NCBI GenBank assembly: GCA_002633005.1
Contig: NMRA01000182.1
Span: 443,077 to 507,076 of the forward strand
DNA from: Phoronis australis
Lineage: Eukaryota; Animalia; Phoronida
Reading direction: 5' to 3'
DNA: 64,000 nt
Shown: piece after piece, positions 52,485 to 64,000 of the stretch
Layout of the letters: each line of letters opens with the position of its first letter
How positions within the stretch are numbered: the first letter of the stretch is position 1
Position numbers and translations under genes: made by a program
The notes under the pieces: generated by a model
The model's database searches: none
The model's input: only the letters and a program-made list of their open reading frames with translations
What the model was told of the DNA's origin: nothing

Positions 52485-55400
52485 GGCATGTCTATTCTTA
52501 TTTCCGTGTCCTAATTGTGTCATCTACTGTCGTGAAATGTCATCACTAAACTTCTGAATATTCATATAAACTCTTTTGCACTACCATAAAGACCATGCAG
52601 CTTGTTTATGTGTTGACAACTGGTCCCGTTTAAAATACTTGTTGAAGTCCTTGTGTTTTTTCTCAATTGCTATTACTTTGCATTTAATGAGTTAACGTTT
52701 CATTGAATACGTGCCAACATCTACCATTTTGTATTGGTTATCCTACGTTAAGTTTCACTCTCATAGTGTTTTCTTGGTTTCATCATGGGTTTCACATACA
52801 GGTGGAAACAGCTACTTTTAGATATAGGCACAGATCCATATATGGGCAAATGGGCCTACATATGCGAATATACAAAAGGACGCCACTTATTAACAGAAAA
52901 AGAGGGTTAAATTTTGTTTGTTGCATTACGTGATGACTTGCCTGGAGAGAGGTTCTTTGTACTTTACCAGTAGTACAGAAACCATCGATAACAATTCACT
53001 TTAAAATTGCTACATATCTTCCCTGAACCATTTGATTTTGTTGTTATTCGTTCTGGCTGACAGATATGCACTGGGTGAAACAGTGGCACTATTTTAGAGG
53101 TGTTTGTACCTGGCACTGGATCTGTTTACGGGCAGTATGACACAGATTCCTTCAAGCGTTGAGGGCTTCAGCACTTTATGCATTTTTGTACAATTTGTGT
53201 GTGTTGAAGTACTCTACACACAGATTAAATGCTTGAACTAGTCAGTCACAGCTTCTCACCATTAATTAGGGTACACCTGGCAGGGATAATAAATTTTCAA
53301 CAGATTTTTCATTCTGGTTTGATAGGAGCAGAGTTTTAATGCACCATGTGTTGCACTGTTACCGTTTTTACAAAAATGTGATTATCTGCTTTATATTGAT
53401 TGATATGTTAGGTGAAATAACATCTGACCAATTGAGGACTCGATATGGCAGACAATTTCATTCTCTCATTTTTCGTAAAAGGTCTGATTAATGTGCATGA
53501 TGAAATCTCACCTGACCAATTTAGTTTGCAATTGGTTTTCCTCGTTTTTCATAAGTGATATGTTGCTCCAAATATTTGTTTTTCTATGTTCAAGTTCTGT
53601 ACCCTAGCTGCCATCATTGAAAAAAAAAACTGGGTGTTAAAAAACAATACTAGGAGTCCTTAGAAATGAAAACGGGAAATTTCCTCAATTATCTTCGTCC
53701 AAAATTTTTTAGATTTTATTGAGTCAGTGTTTCTGATATTACGGCTTACAGGAGTTTCTAATCCAGTCTTGTAAAATATGGGAGTACACTTAAAGAAATA
53801 CCGTGTTCGATTTTGAACGCTTCCATAGGATTAGTAATAGCAAAATACGCACAGACGTCCAGTTACTTTTTCCTACACCCTGTATAAATCTGATTGCAAT
53901 GACTGTATATGCATACCTTGTTACCAAGTCTATCACAAAATCAATGTAATTTACTAATGACTTCCTTAAGTCACTCAGGGTTGGCACCTGTTTAACCAGA
54001 AGTTGTGGGATCTTGCAATCATTTGCTATATACCTTACCATGGGCTTACCATATTGCTTGTGGTCTAGTTGATGCTATCAAGTACTTACCTCCATGCGGA
54101 GTACAGCCTCCTTCTTCCTACACAAGTCTCCCTCACCACCTAAACCTCAATATCCAGGCACTTACAGCAATTATTCACCTATGTAACACACAACATGGCG
54201 GACAAGTGGAATTTTATTCTGTCCAATTTCTTAACAAAAACACAGATTAAGAAAATTGTAGTCTTTTATTAGCTTGGCTTATACCAAACAGACGTCATAT
54301 ACGTAACCGCATTTGCTAAAATTCACATTATCTGTAGTATGGTAAAAAGCATTAAAACAGTAGAAAACGACATCTTTGGCAATTATTTTCGTGTGAAATA
54401 AGTGTACAATTACCTTAACATACTGACTGATGTTTGTCGGTAAAAGAGCTTGGAATATGCACCATGCTCTTGTGAAAAAATGATAAAAAAATTGGGTGTG
54501 ACATTTAAGAACAGGGTGTCCCAAAATGTATTTAGGCTTAAGTACAGCTCCAGGAGTTCAGTTTCAGGTCCTTTGGATCAGACTGTGTACGGTTACACAT
54601 TGCTGTGAAAGTAGGCGGGTGAGTTATCGTGTGCTCTGTTCACATGGGAGTGGTAAACAGACGACCTAGTTTTAGAGAGCAAAAATTTATGGCGCAATGC
54701 AAAGACAGTTCATCCTTCCAAGCTAATAAACAATCTCTTAATGATTTGATTCCATTTTTGATCACCTGTTTACGAATTAAACTGATGATGTTGTTCATAT
54801 TGTACTGTTCTCACTGTGAGTCGCAAGAGAATACATTAGGTTATTCCTGCAACGAGTTGTCGTGCTAGATTGAAAGTAGTGTGGACCCTGGACGAGTTGA
54901 CACGTGTGACAACTTACCCCATCTTATCGAGGGTAACTTGTCTCGCTGCAAGTAGTGCCCACACAGACAAGGCGGAAGTAATTACCAGCTGCGCACTTCC
55001 GTAGTTAATCACATAGGGGCGTCTAATAATTTTTATCGCGCCATAGTATTTGTCAAATGGTGTAGGGTGTGAGCAGTCCGCTGGAGGCAAGCTGCTGTAG
55101 GGCAAGGTGTCCTGGAGTTACTTGCAGTGTGGACAGGACTTAAGAGTGAAGTACGGCTCACAGCAGGCAAAAATGCCCAGAGGGGTGATAAACCCAATGT
55201 CACCGATTTGAACCATACTATGCATTTTAGTTACCTTTGGGATGATAAACAAAACAGTAAAGTCCAATCTCATTTTACCTTGCTTAAGGGGGAGAAATCA
55301 GGGAGCCTCTATTTTGGGGGTATGCCATGCAATGAACTCGTCGAAAATGCCTTATTTGCACTGCACAATAAAAAATATCGGCGCACGAGATCATTATTTG

Positions 55401-56288
55401 TTTGTAATTTTTAAATAAAGCAAGTCTTCGGCTTTACAAAGATGTTAAACAATGCTCATTAACTCTGCCGCTAAGTTAAAAATTTCAGGCATAAAGTATA
55501 GAGGGGTCAGAGGTTAACAAGGCATTGCAATTTTGCCACACTTTGAGCCCGTATATCTCAGCTGGCACAACACTGATGAACACCAGACTTTTACACCAGA
55601 CGTTTCTATCTTATTGCTGTTGATTAATACAATAAAATTTTCTGGCGCTGAACATTTTTCTATACGAATTGCAAGATTGCGACAACCACCTGAGTAGAAC
55701 TTACCTTCAATACCGATACCTGTTTGGAACATTACAGCACCAGTAAAGTGCATAGTTTTGATTCAAAAGTTGATTTATCAATAATTACTTATGTGTCATT
55801 AAGTCAGGCGCAATTGTTTAAGGTATTTTTCCTTTTTAATTAAAATTCCGCGTTTTTTGTGAACCCAGTGTCCAACAACAGGTGTCACTTTAGTGGTGGC
55901 AAAATGGTTCCGGTTGGCGAATCCTGACTTTCTGTGTTATCTGCTAGTATGATGGAGTGTGATGAGGTGTATGGAAGCTCAAAAGAATGTCCTCTGCACA
56001 TATGTGAAATATTGATGCGGCATAAAGTGAGTAGCAAACCACCGCACCTACAGACTGTGCGGCAACTGATTTTGGCAAGAGTCGGACAATTTACATATGC
56101 GTGTTCACCGGACCCGTGTCACGCCTGTGTGACTGCGTCCAAGGCAAGGACAAGAAACCGGGCTCATCTTGGAATTCTGTGGAAACCATGTAGACTCTGC
56201 AAACACCCATTTCATTAGTGGTAGCTCGCGTGCCAAGCCTGAAGTGGGGATGCTGGTTGAAATGTCTAAAGTCAATTTACTTTCACAG

Positions 56289-56334
56289 GAACTCAACAAT
56301 GTCAATGCATTTGTGTTCTTTCCTGTTGGATCTG
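56289..56334 (+). CDS. Candidate upstream Supt3h exon (could add MSMHLCSFLLDL in frame, or be 5' UTR)
   Basis: Acceptor tttactttcacag and donor CTG|gtgagt. ATG at 56299 ends in phase 0, compatible with 59815. No homology support. Confidence 0.3.
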
Positions 56335-56732
56335 GTGAGTACTACTACTGCTTTGTTTGAATTTGAGGTTATCACGATAGCATTGTAGCGGTAATAGTCA
56401 GTTTTGTGGATACATGATTCGAGAACCAGTTAGCACCGCTAGAAACAACAGATGTTATTCTAATACAGTACCCTGCAATGCAAGTTACTGGTCCCTCCTT
56501 TCAGGAAGATCACAAACTGTGTGACCATGCATGTACCACAAAAATGTACTTGTTTTTGAACATGTAGTAGAGACAGAGCTTTGTACACACTGATGAAATT
56601 TAGTAGTCCTATGCCTGCATCACTGTAAACAACTGATTAACAGTCTTGTGTTCCTAAGGGCAAATCAGTGATATACCTGCCCTGTCGCCGTTGTTGGAGT
56701 CTAGGCTAGCCTAGAGCTATTCAGTCCACTTA

Positions 56733-57143
56733 NNNNNNNNNNNNNNNNNNNNNNNNNNNNNNNNNNNNNNNNNNNNNNNNNNNNNNNNNNNNNNNNNNNN
56801 NNNNNNNNNNNNNNNNNNNNNNNNNNNNNNNNNNNNNNNNNNNNNNNNNNNNNNNNNNNNNNNNNNNNNNNNNNNNNNNNNNNNNNNNNNNNNNNNNNNN
56901 NNNNNNNNNNNNNNNNNNNNNNNNNNNNNNNNNNNNNNNNNNNNNNNNNNNNNNNNNNNNNNNNNNNNNNNNNNNNNNNNNNNNNNNNNNNNNNNNNNNN
57001 NNNNNNNNNNNNNNNNNNNNNNNNNNNNNNNNNNNNNNNNNNNNNNNNNNNNNNNNNNNNNNNNNNNNNNNNNNNNNNNNNNNNNNNNNNNNNNNNNNNN
57101 NNNNNNNNNNNNNNNNNNNNNNNNNNNNNNNNNNNNNNNNNNN
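56733..57143. other. Assembly gap (411 N)
   Basis: Run of n characters. Confidence 1.
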
Positions 57144-59095
57144 AAAGCAGCCTTTATCATCCTCACTTCTTTCACATGACCTCTGCAGTGGATCATGCTT
57201 CCAACATGAGGCATTTATGTATTCAAGTAACAGCTGATCACCTGGAACAGGATACATGTACGTTTGCCCTCTGGAGGACTGGGAAGTAATATGAATTCAC
57301 TCTTTAGACTTCTCACAACTAGTCACACACACTTATTCAAGTACGTTCCTCTGTGCCTCCCACTGCTCAGGTGAAATATCTTCTCACTGGTAGCTGGTTC
57401 CATGTTGTCAGCCCCCATTGCTACTCGAAAGTCTCCCATTTTTCACTTGTGTCAATCACAGCAAAATGCGCGCAGATAACAAAATGATAACATTAGCCAG
57501 CCATACCACTTCAAAAGTGAAGTTATTGTGACATTGGCGGCTATATAACGTCCACGGAATGGCTCTGACCAGTGGTTTTGTATTTGCCTTGCCTGTAATT
57601 GCCAATGAATCTTTCACCTTGACACTGTCCTTCGCTTTCAACGCCCTGCATCAAAACCACTTGAAAATTCTTAAAGAAATGTTTGTTCAGACACACTCCA
57701 CAGCTAACCCACAGTAAGCATCTTTGAAAACAGGACAATCACAGATAAAACCATAAATAAATGATCTTGTTCATACAACACTGTAAGATTTGGAACGTCG
57801 CAAGTGGGGAGAGGGCAACACGATTTTTGAAGAAAAATGTTATGAAAATGATTTGTCGGCGTTTTTTTTTGTTTTGTTTTTAGCCGTGCAAATAAGATTA
57901 CTGAGCTTTGTAAAACCAGTGAGATTTGAATTTCGACTCTCGCAAAAGGTGTCCTGCCAAAACTACTGCTATTTGCGTAGTAAGTATCCTAATTCCATGA
58001 CTACGAGCACTTATTAGAAATAAAGTAGTGTAACATCGGTGCCTAGAAAATACGAAATTTGATGAATGATAAATTGATTCGCCGTTTGCTGGCCAACTAT
58101 TAACAAATGTTCACTTTTTGTTGACGTTTGTCGGCATTACTCATTGTGGTGAAATGGCGTAACCACCAGTCATTTTTTACTTCAAATGACATGAAATCTG
58201 TTCGCGCCAGGAAATTTTTTTGTCTTATTTTGTAGACCTAAAATAGCTCAACACACTGGTTGGCACTAAAATGTTTTGAAACCTGTGCCAGTTGAGATAT
58301 CGGGATACGAATTTAGCCAATTTTGACAGTTTCAAAAATCACTAAAAGTACTCATCTTATGCGGCTCTAAAAACAGACAAAAAATTATCGAAATATTTTA
58401 AATTTTCAGGAATAAAGTAGTCGAAGGTCACACCTGATCAATAACACAGGTTCAATGTTTCAACGTTACTTCCACTGCGTAACGTAACTGTCGGAATTTT
58501 ACTAAAACTTAACTGCCGCCAGGCTGAAAACTTGTCGGAAACAAATAGTATCCATGGAAACCAAAGGGGGCGTTTTGAAAAAAAATAAAGGTGGTCTGGA
58601 GTCAGTGGGGCCAGTGTCATATCACAGACAAAATATAAAGAGAATCTGTGACATAGCGTTTATCACCCTCTGCCTGGTCCATTCGCGAACATGCTCTTAA
58701 GTCGATAAACAATGAAGATATCGTCATTTGAAGAACAAGTACATTTTTGGGATGAAGGAACATGTACAACAGACCTGTTTGATATCTTCAGCCTACTATG
58801 TCCTACTAAAATATGTCTTACTGTAACCAAAATGTTCCATTTCCTTACAGGGATAATATGAGCAGCGCGCCCCGCGTCATTGGTGCAAAATTTATTTTGT
58901 TGATGCACTGTGATTGCTTAATTCAGGCTCACAAGAGACCCATTAAAATTGGAAGTGAAAAAGGACAAAAACTATCATGGCCATTCATCCATACCCTCAT
59001 TTTTCTAAAATGATCAGTGCTGCATGTTGCATAATTCAATTTCGTTTAATATTAAAATGAAAAGCAAGGACTGTGTTACTAACTGTAGTAGTACC

Positions 59096-59292
59096 GTGTA
59101 GTAGTAGTAGTTGTAGTAGTTCTAGTAGTAGTAGTAGTAGTTGTAGTAGTTGTAGTAGTAGTTGTAGTAGTTGTAGTAGTAGTAGTAGTAGTTGTAGTAG
59201 TTGTAGTAGTAGTAGTAGTAGTTGTAGTAGTTGTAGTAGTTGTAGTAGTAGTTGTAGTAGTTGTAGTAGTAGTAGTAGTAGTTGTAGTAGTT
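59096..59292. repeat. (TAG)n microsatellite with TTG interruptions
   Basis: gtagtagtagttgtagtagt... for about 200 bp; it explains the poly-Thr and poly-Ser ORFs. Confidence 0.97.
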
Positions 59293-59814
59293 GGATAATT
59301 CATTTCATCCAAGGTACAAATGTGAGAAAATAATACATGAATCTAATGTTGTTAATGTCTGTCTAACATAGTTGAACGGAAGCTGCAAAAAGTTTCGCGT
59401 AATGCCTGTTTGTTGTTTTAACAAAATCAATGCTCAGTTTTATCTGTGCCCATAAATTAAATAGCGGTGGCATGATGAACTGGTCTGTTGCTATATGGCC
59501 ATAGAGTCTTTCGTGGCTCTATGATGAGGATTTAACCCAGTGGGAGTTAATTGCATTTTTTTATATTATTCTCTGCATTCATTGTGTTGCCAGATTCCCA
59601 CTGTTGTGCAGTAGAATATTCAAATGATTTTCCCCAAAATTCTGCTAAATGCCGCGCGATAGAGAAATAATTGCCTTTTACTTGCACCATCTCGACTTGC
59701 CTTGCAAACTGGAATTTGAAATTGTGTCGAGCAAAAGTTGATTTCGTGCCCTCACACTGGTGAAGAAGAGTTGTATGATTGATGTTATCTGTTCTGTTTG
59801 ACTTTTCTTTGCAG

Positions 59815-59876
59815 GACCAAAATAGTGAAACAATGTCAGCCTCAGGATGGTTCACAACAGAGATCCAAAACATGAT
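59815..59876 (+). CDS. SUPT3H: SUPT3H (SAGA subunit Spt3) N-terminal coding exon; remaining exons probably lie beyond the window
   Basis: Strong acceptor acttttctttgcag and donor ATGAT|gtaagt. Encodes (DQNSET)MSASGWFTTEIQNMM with ATG at 59833, resembling human SUPT3H SFATELQSMM, with a phase-2 intron in the second Met as recalled for vertebrates. It is divergent from Runx, as the known synteny predicts. Confidence 0.75.
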
Positions 59877-60858
59877 GTAAGTGAAACCAAGTTTCTGTTT
59901 CCGTTTTCTTAATGCCCGGAACGTTTAAATGAAGATACTAAAAAAATCTTGATGTCAGTATTAAACTTGAAGAATCAAAACATGGTCGCTGGAAAGTGAA
60001 TTTTCTTAGAATTGGGGGCAGGTCCTTAATCATGTGAATACGATAAACACTGGCACTTTCTTTGAAGATGTGTCATCTTACCAATTCAATTTGTTTTTTT
60101 TGCTGTGCTGTCGAGTAAAGACCAGCTTCAGTCCAAGACATAAGCTGGTGGAAAAGAAATTCCATATTCTAGCAAAATTTACTTTCTGGTTTAAATTTGA
60201 ACATTGAAGGTTGCATGTTGGTAAACGCGTGATTGTGCACTGTTTTTCTCCTTTGCATTTAAACTTTTAGCTTCTTATACCGACTTATTTGCTACCTGTA
60301 ATTTTTGATAGTGAGCCTCAAAACATATCGAAAAAGTGCACATTTTAAAATGCCTTGACATTAACACAGTAGTTTGACTGCCAAATACAACGAATGGTTT
60401 GGTCCGTGCAAGTTATGGTATATCTCCACTTATTTCGCACAAAATAAATTAAATATATTTCCTGATAGCTGGGGTGTGCCAAATAGACTGAATATATGTA
60501 GTTGACGGGTGTGCAAAATTGACCTATCGCAAGCTCTGCCCCGTTGCGAAATGTCGGCAAACAAACAATAAGTTTTACCCGGCAAGGTGTTGCTTGTTGG
60601 GTAAAATATGGCGACTTGTAAACAAAGGTGTTTCAAGAATGCTGTGTTCTGGTTGGTCAGTTAAGCCGTCACTCAAAATCTTGGCAATAGGTCAATTAAC
60701 CAAAAAAGCAAGCATTGCCTACTGCCTGTGTGGGAATCTGACAAAACGCGACCTATAGCTTGCCAATGTGATCCAATTAACAGTAATTAAGTTAAGCCTA
60801 CTTTATCCTGTTCCAACATAAAAGCACTTTACCTTATCCTTGGAAAAACAATATTTTG

Positions 60859-60884
60859 GTCATGTGACTCAAGAGTCACATGAC
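60859..60884. repeat. Perfect 12-bp inverted repeat with a 2-nt spacer
   Basis: gtcatgtgactc-aa-gagtcacatgac. Confidence 0.9.
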
Positions 60885-63800
60885 ACTCATCCAGGTGAAC
60901 CCTGTCACCTCATATTTACAAGTGCATGAGATATCTGATAGGAATGGATGAATTAAAGATGCATAGTCTCATTGAATTGTGAATATGCAAATGAAGTACA
61001 AATTTACAAACAAATCCGTATCCTCCACTGTGCCTGAAACCATCCGAGAAACAGTTGACATTACAATGTCGCGAAAGTCTCATTTTGCAAGACTGTTTTC
61101 ATACAAATGAATATGGTAATATTTCATCATGGTGGACGAACACCTGATGCCGGCCACTGACCAATGAGGTCTGGCTACTCGGCCGACGCTCCTCACGGTG
61201 ACCAAGATGAAACCATTCATTCTGTTATTTAATTTGGCATTATCTTTTACAATAATCAACATCATGCCATTTTGCATCTCTGGTAGTGCAAATTTTAGGT
61301 ATTTGTACACACTTCTCACCCACATTTCTGAGGACGGGGAAACCCCGCAGCTTTGTCGTTATCCTACTGAAACTAGGCACAGTTTTTATTATTTGTTTAT
61401 TTCACTATGAAATAACAATTGCATAATATTTGGAATTACTTGGGTTTTTATATGTTCACTCTTGTTTTTAAGTGTATCAGTTGTAGTGATTTCTTTAAAA
61501 CTGTAATTTATTTACAAATTGTTTCTGTTCCTGATTATACTTGTACACACAGTTGCCCAGGAAGTCACTAGGAGGCATTTGCTACAAATTTAGATATTCA
61601 TAGTTTTAATGAGACATAGCATCTTTAAGGGGTGAACATACAGTGTTCAGATCTTATTAATACTGTCTAAGAGGATTAATAACCACGCTTTGCAAAACTG
61701 ACAGTGTGAATTAGGTGAGGCAAGAAATATCCACTAGGTAGCCTTGTAATTTTTGGTGTGCAAAATAAGCTGATTGTACGAAATAAGTTGAGAATTACCG
61801 TACTAAAGAGATCACTAGCCTGCTGACAAGTGTTTCAACTTCCTGTAAACTGTATCTGAGCTACACCAGAGTTGTTTGAGTAACAACATTACAAGAGAAA
61901 AGTTATATCAGTTATTTACATGCCTAAATTTATTGCACATGTGCCAGTGTCAAGCAGTTGTTCAATAACAAACTCATCTTTCTATATAGAGTATCTCTCT
62001 TTATCAGCACCCTGGACTGTTTTTTGTCCTCAGATACATCTTTATAACGTACAAAAAGCAAAATTAATGCCAATACCTAACATATTTGGTTACAGAGTGT
62101 AGATCAGTTTTAAGTTTGTATCAAATTATAAAAAGTTTAACACGCTTTAACCTAGAGTTCTCGAGTTTCATATTGTGACACCTGGTAGTGAAAATTTTCA
62201 ATACACCCCATACATGTATCTATGCATTTTTGTATTAAAACTCTCAACTAATAAACCTTGGGAACTCTTTGTCCTGTCCAAAAAGTAAGTCCAAAAAGTT
62301 AGTTTTAACTGACACTAAATGCGTGTTGACAAACTTTCTTGTACAATATTAACAGTTGATGGGTGGTGTTGGTCCGTATTCCAAAATTTTGCGAACATAA
62401 GAATTTTATCAGTTGTTTATCATGTGGACAGGCAAAACACATTTTACTAAGATACTGCATTCAATGCAACTTTTTGAAAGCGCTGACTTCACATAATAGC
62501 ATATTCGTGTGGACAGAAAAGGTTTGATGTGGCAAAGAAAAAATTGCGTCTTCAAAATGAAGGCAGAGTCAGGAGAATAGTGAAGGCCATTGACTAAATA
62601 TGACAGCGGATCGTAATAAGACTGTACTTGTAAAGGGCTGGTCGGTAGCCAGCAGTGGGATGTAAGAATTTGCATTGAAGTCAACACTGCAGTTAGTTGT
62701 GTAGCTGTACATCAAAACACTGCTAGGAATCGAAGTTGGCAATTGAAGCAAAGTTCCCTTATACTCGATTCGTGGTCCTCGCACAACAAAATCAAAATCA
62801 AACTGTAGCACAGTGTGCGCAAGGTTTTACAAGTTTGATATGCAAATGATATTTTCCATGTCCGTTACAGCCGTAAAAGAAACACAAACTGATACTAAAA
62901 AACATTTTTTTAGTTATCTCACTCCTGCTTTTGTGACAGAAAAGTCAGATTTCGATTTCAAAACTTAACGTTCATGTCACATGCATGTGCAATTTGCTTG
63001 CTGTCTTTGTTTGATGAAGTGACATCTTTCGGGACAAGCCAGCAACTTTACTGGAGCAAAATTTGCTTAGAATTTTGTGTCGCTGATAAAATATTCAAAA
63101 CTTCTAGCGAAGTGCAACCACTTCAGGTACTTTGTTGCAGACTTGTGAAAAAACGAATGGTGGATTGATGAATCTGCGAAAAGTGAAATTGTCCGTCAGA
63201 TAGGTCCCCATTTCGTGGCACTCAAGGTTGATGCATATGATTGCTTATTGGGGTTTTCCATAGATAAGCCCACCTGATGAAATGCCCATGAGTGTTTATT
63301 CGGTGCTACAACTTCTGGTGTGAAGTTTCCAGATAGTGGGAATGTTTGTTTGGGAAATGTCTTCTTAAAAATCCACTCAGCGTCAACTTTTAGCCGCAAA
63401 TTCAGTTTTGTGGATCAATTTTCATTTATAAAAACGAACAAGGTATTGGCAAAAAAATTGCTGATATTTTCGTGTCAGCCGAGGTTGTGACTTTCTGTTT
63501 ACACGCTCTCCTTTTCTGAATAAATGCGCGGGTGTTTATTTGGTGTTATTGAAATGCCTGAAAATTTTAATTTTCCGTATACACACTCATAGGCTTATTT
63601 ACGGAAAAACACCCGGTAACACATTTAAAGGCAGAATAACGGACTGGACTATCGGCATTGTTTTCATGCTAGTAACCAAAGCTTACTCAAACAAGATTGT
63701 AGTTGTTTATATTTACTGTGTCAGATACAAAGTTGTGCATTAACGGTAGTATACAGCTTAGTACCAAAGCCATATTGTTCTGCCTAGTGTAAGATCAGTG

Positions 63801-64000
63801 TGTCTCGTATGAGTGTTGCTTTTCTTCCACGTGCCTGTTCATCACGTGAGTAATTTAGAATACATGGGATTGCCACATTTACTGTCAAACATATTCTCAA
63901 TTACTACCATAACATTCTTTAACTGGGTTTCGACAGCCTAATTGAGTCATTTTCGTAAGTGAACACACGAGGCAATCCCTGTCAAGAATTGGTCAGTTTT

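Noticed and set aside
56717-57257. Long ORFs of 165 and 175 aa
   Set aside because: Artefacts of the N gap.
58663-58908. Minus-strand ORF ending GPGRG, with ctctgcctg resembling the Runx GRSGRG exon end (a possible second Runx copy)
   Set aside because: Similarity is limited to about 10 nt and no other Runt-domain motif is present, so it is treated as chance.
59073-59333. Poly-Ser/Cys and poly-Thr ORFs
   Set aside because: Translations of a (TAG)n microsatellite.
61299-61410. ttttag|G TAT as a possible next Supt3h exon (phase-compatible)
   Set aside because: The translation YLYTLLTHISEDGETP does not resemble the conserved Spt3 YxxGD...P...ETA segment, and it runs into a stop codon.

Overview
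AT-rich, intron-containing animal genomic DNA, probably from an invertebrate bilaterian (mollusc-like repeats; taxon not determinable from sequence alone). Three genes are supported. (1) The last five coding exons of ARFGEF3/BIG3 on the + strand (1597-10780), with a T-rich 3' UTR. (2) A complete five-exon Runx gene on the - strand (ATG 43613 to stop 22802; 1545 nt, 514 aa; starts MHLP, has an intact Runt domain, ends VWRPY). (3) A 62-nt exon missed by the ORF track (59815-59876, MSASGWFTTEIQNMM) that matches the N-terminus of SUPT3H, placing Supt3h head-to-head with Runx, the ancient Runx-Supt3h linkage. The most notable leads are: a splice acceptor inside the first Runx codons at the position where vertebrate distal-promoter (P1) exons join, plus a frame-compatible candidate distal exon; a recursive-splice-like AG|GTAAGA site in ARFGEF3; a MITE carrying a tRNA-Leu-like Pol III cassette; a possible unannotated small-exon gene at 14-20 kb; and several regulatory or repeat oddities. 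No prokaryotic features or CRISPR arrays were seen. There is one 411-nt N gap. All alignments were done by eye and from recalled protein sequences; no searches were run.
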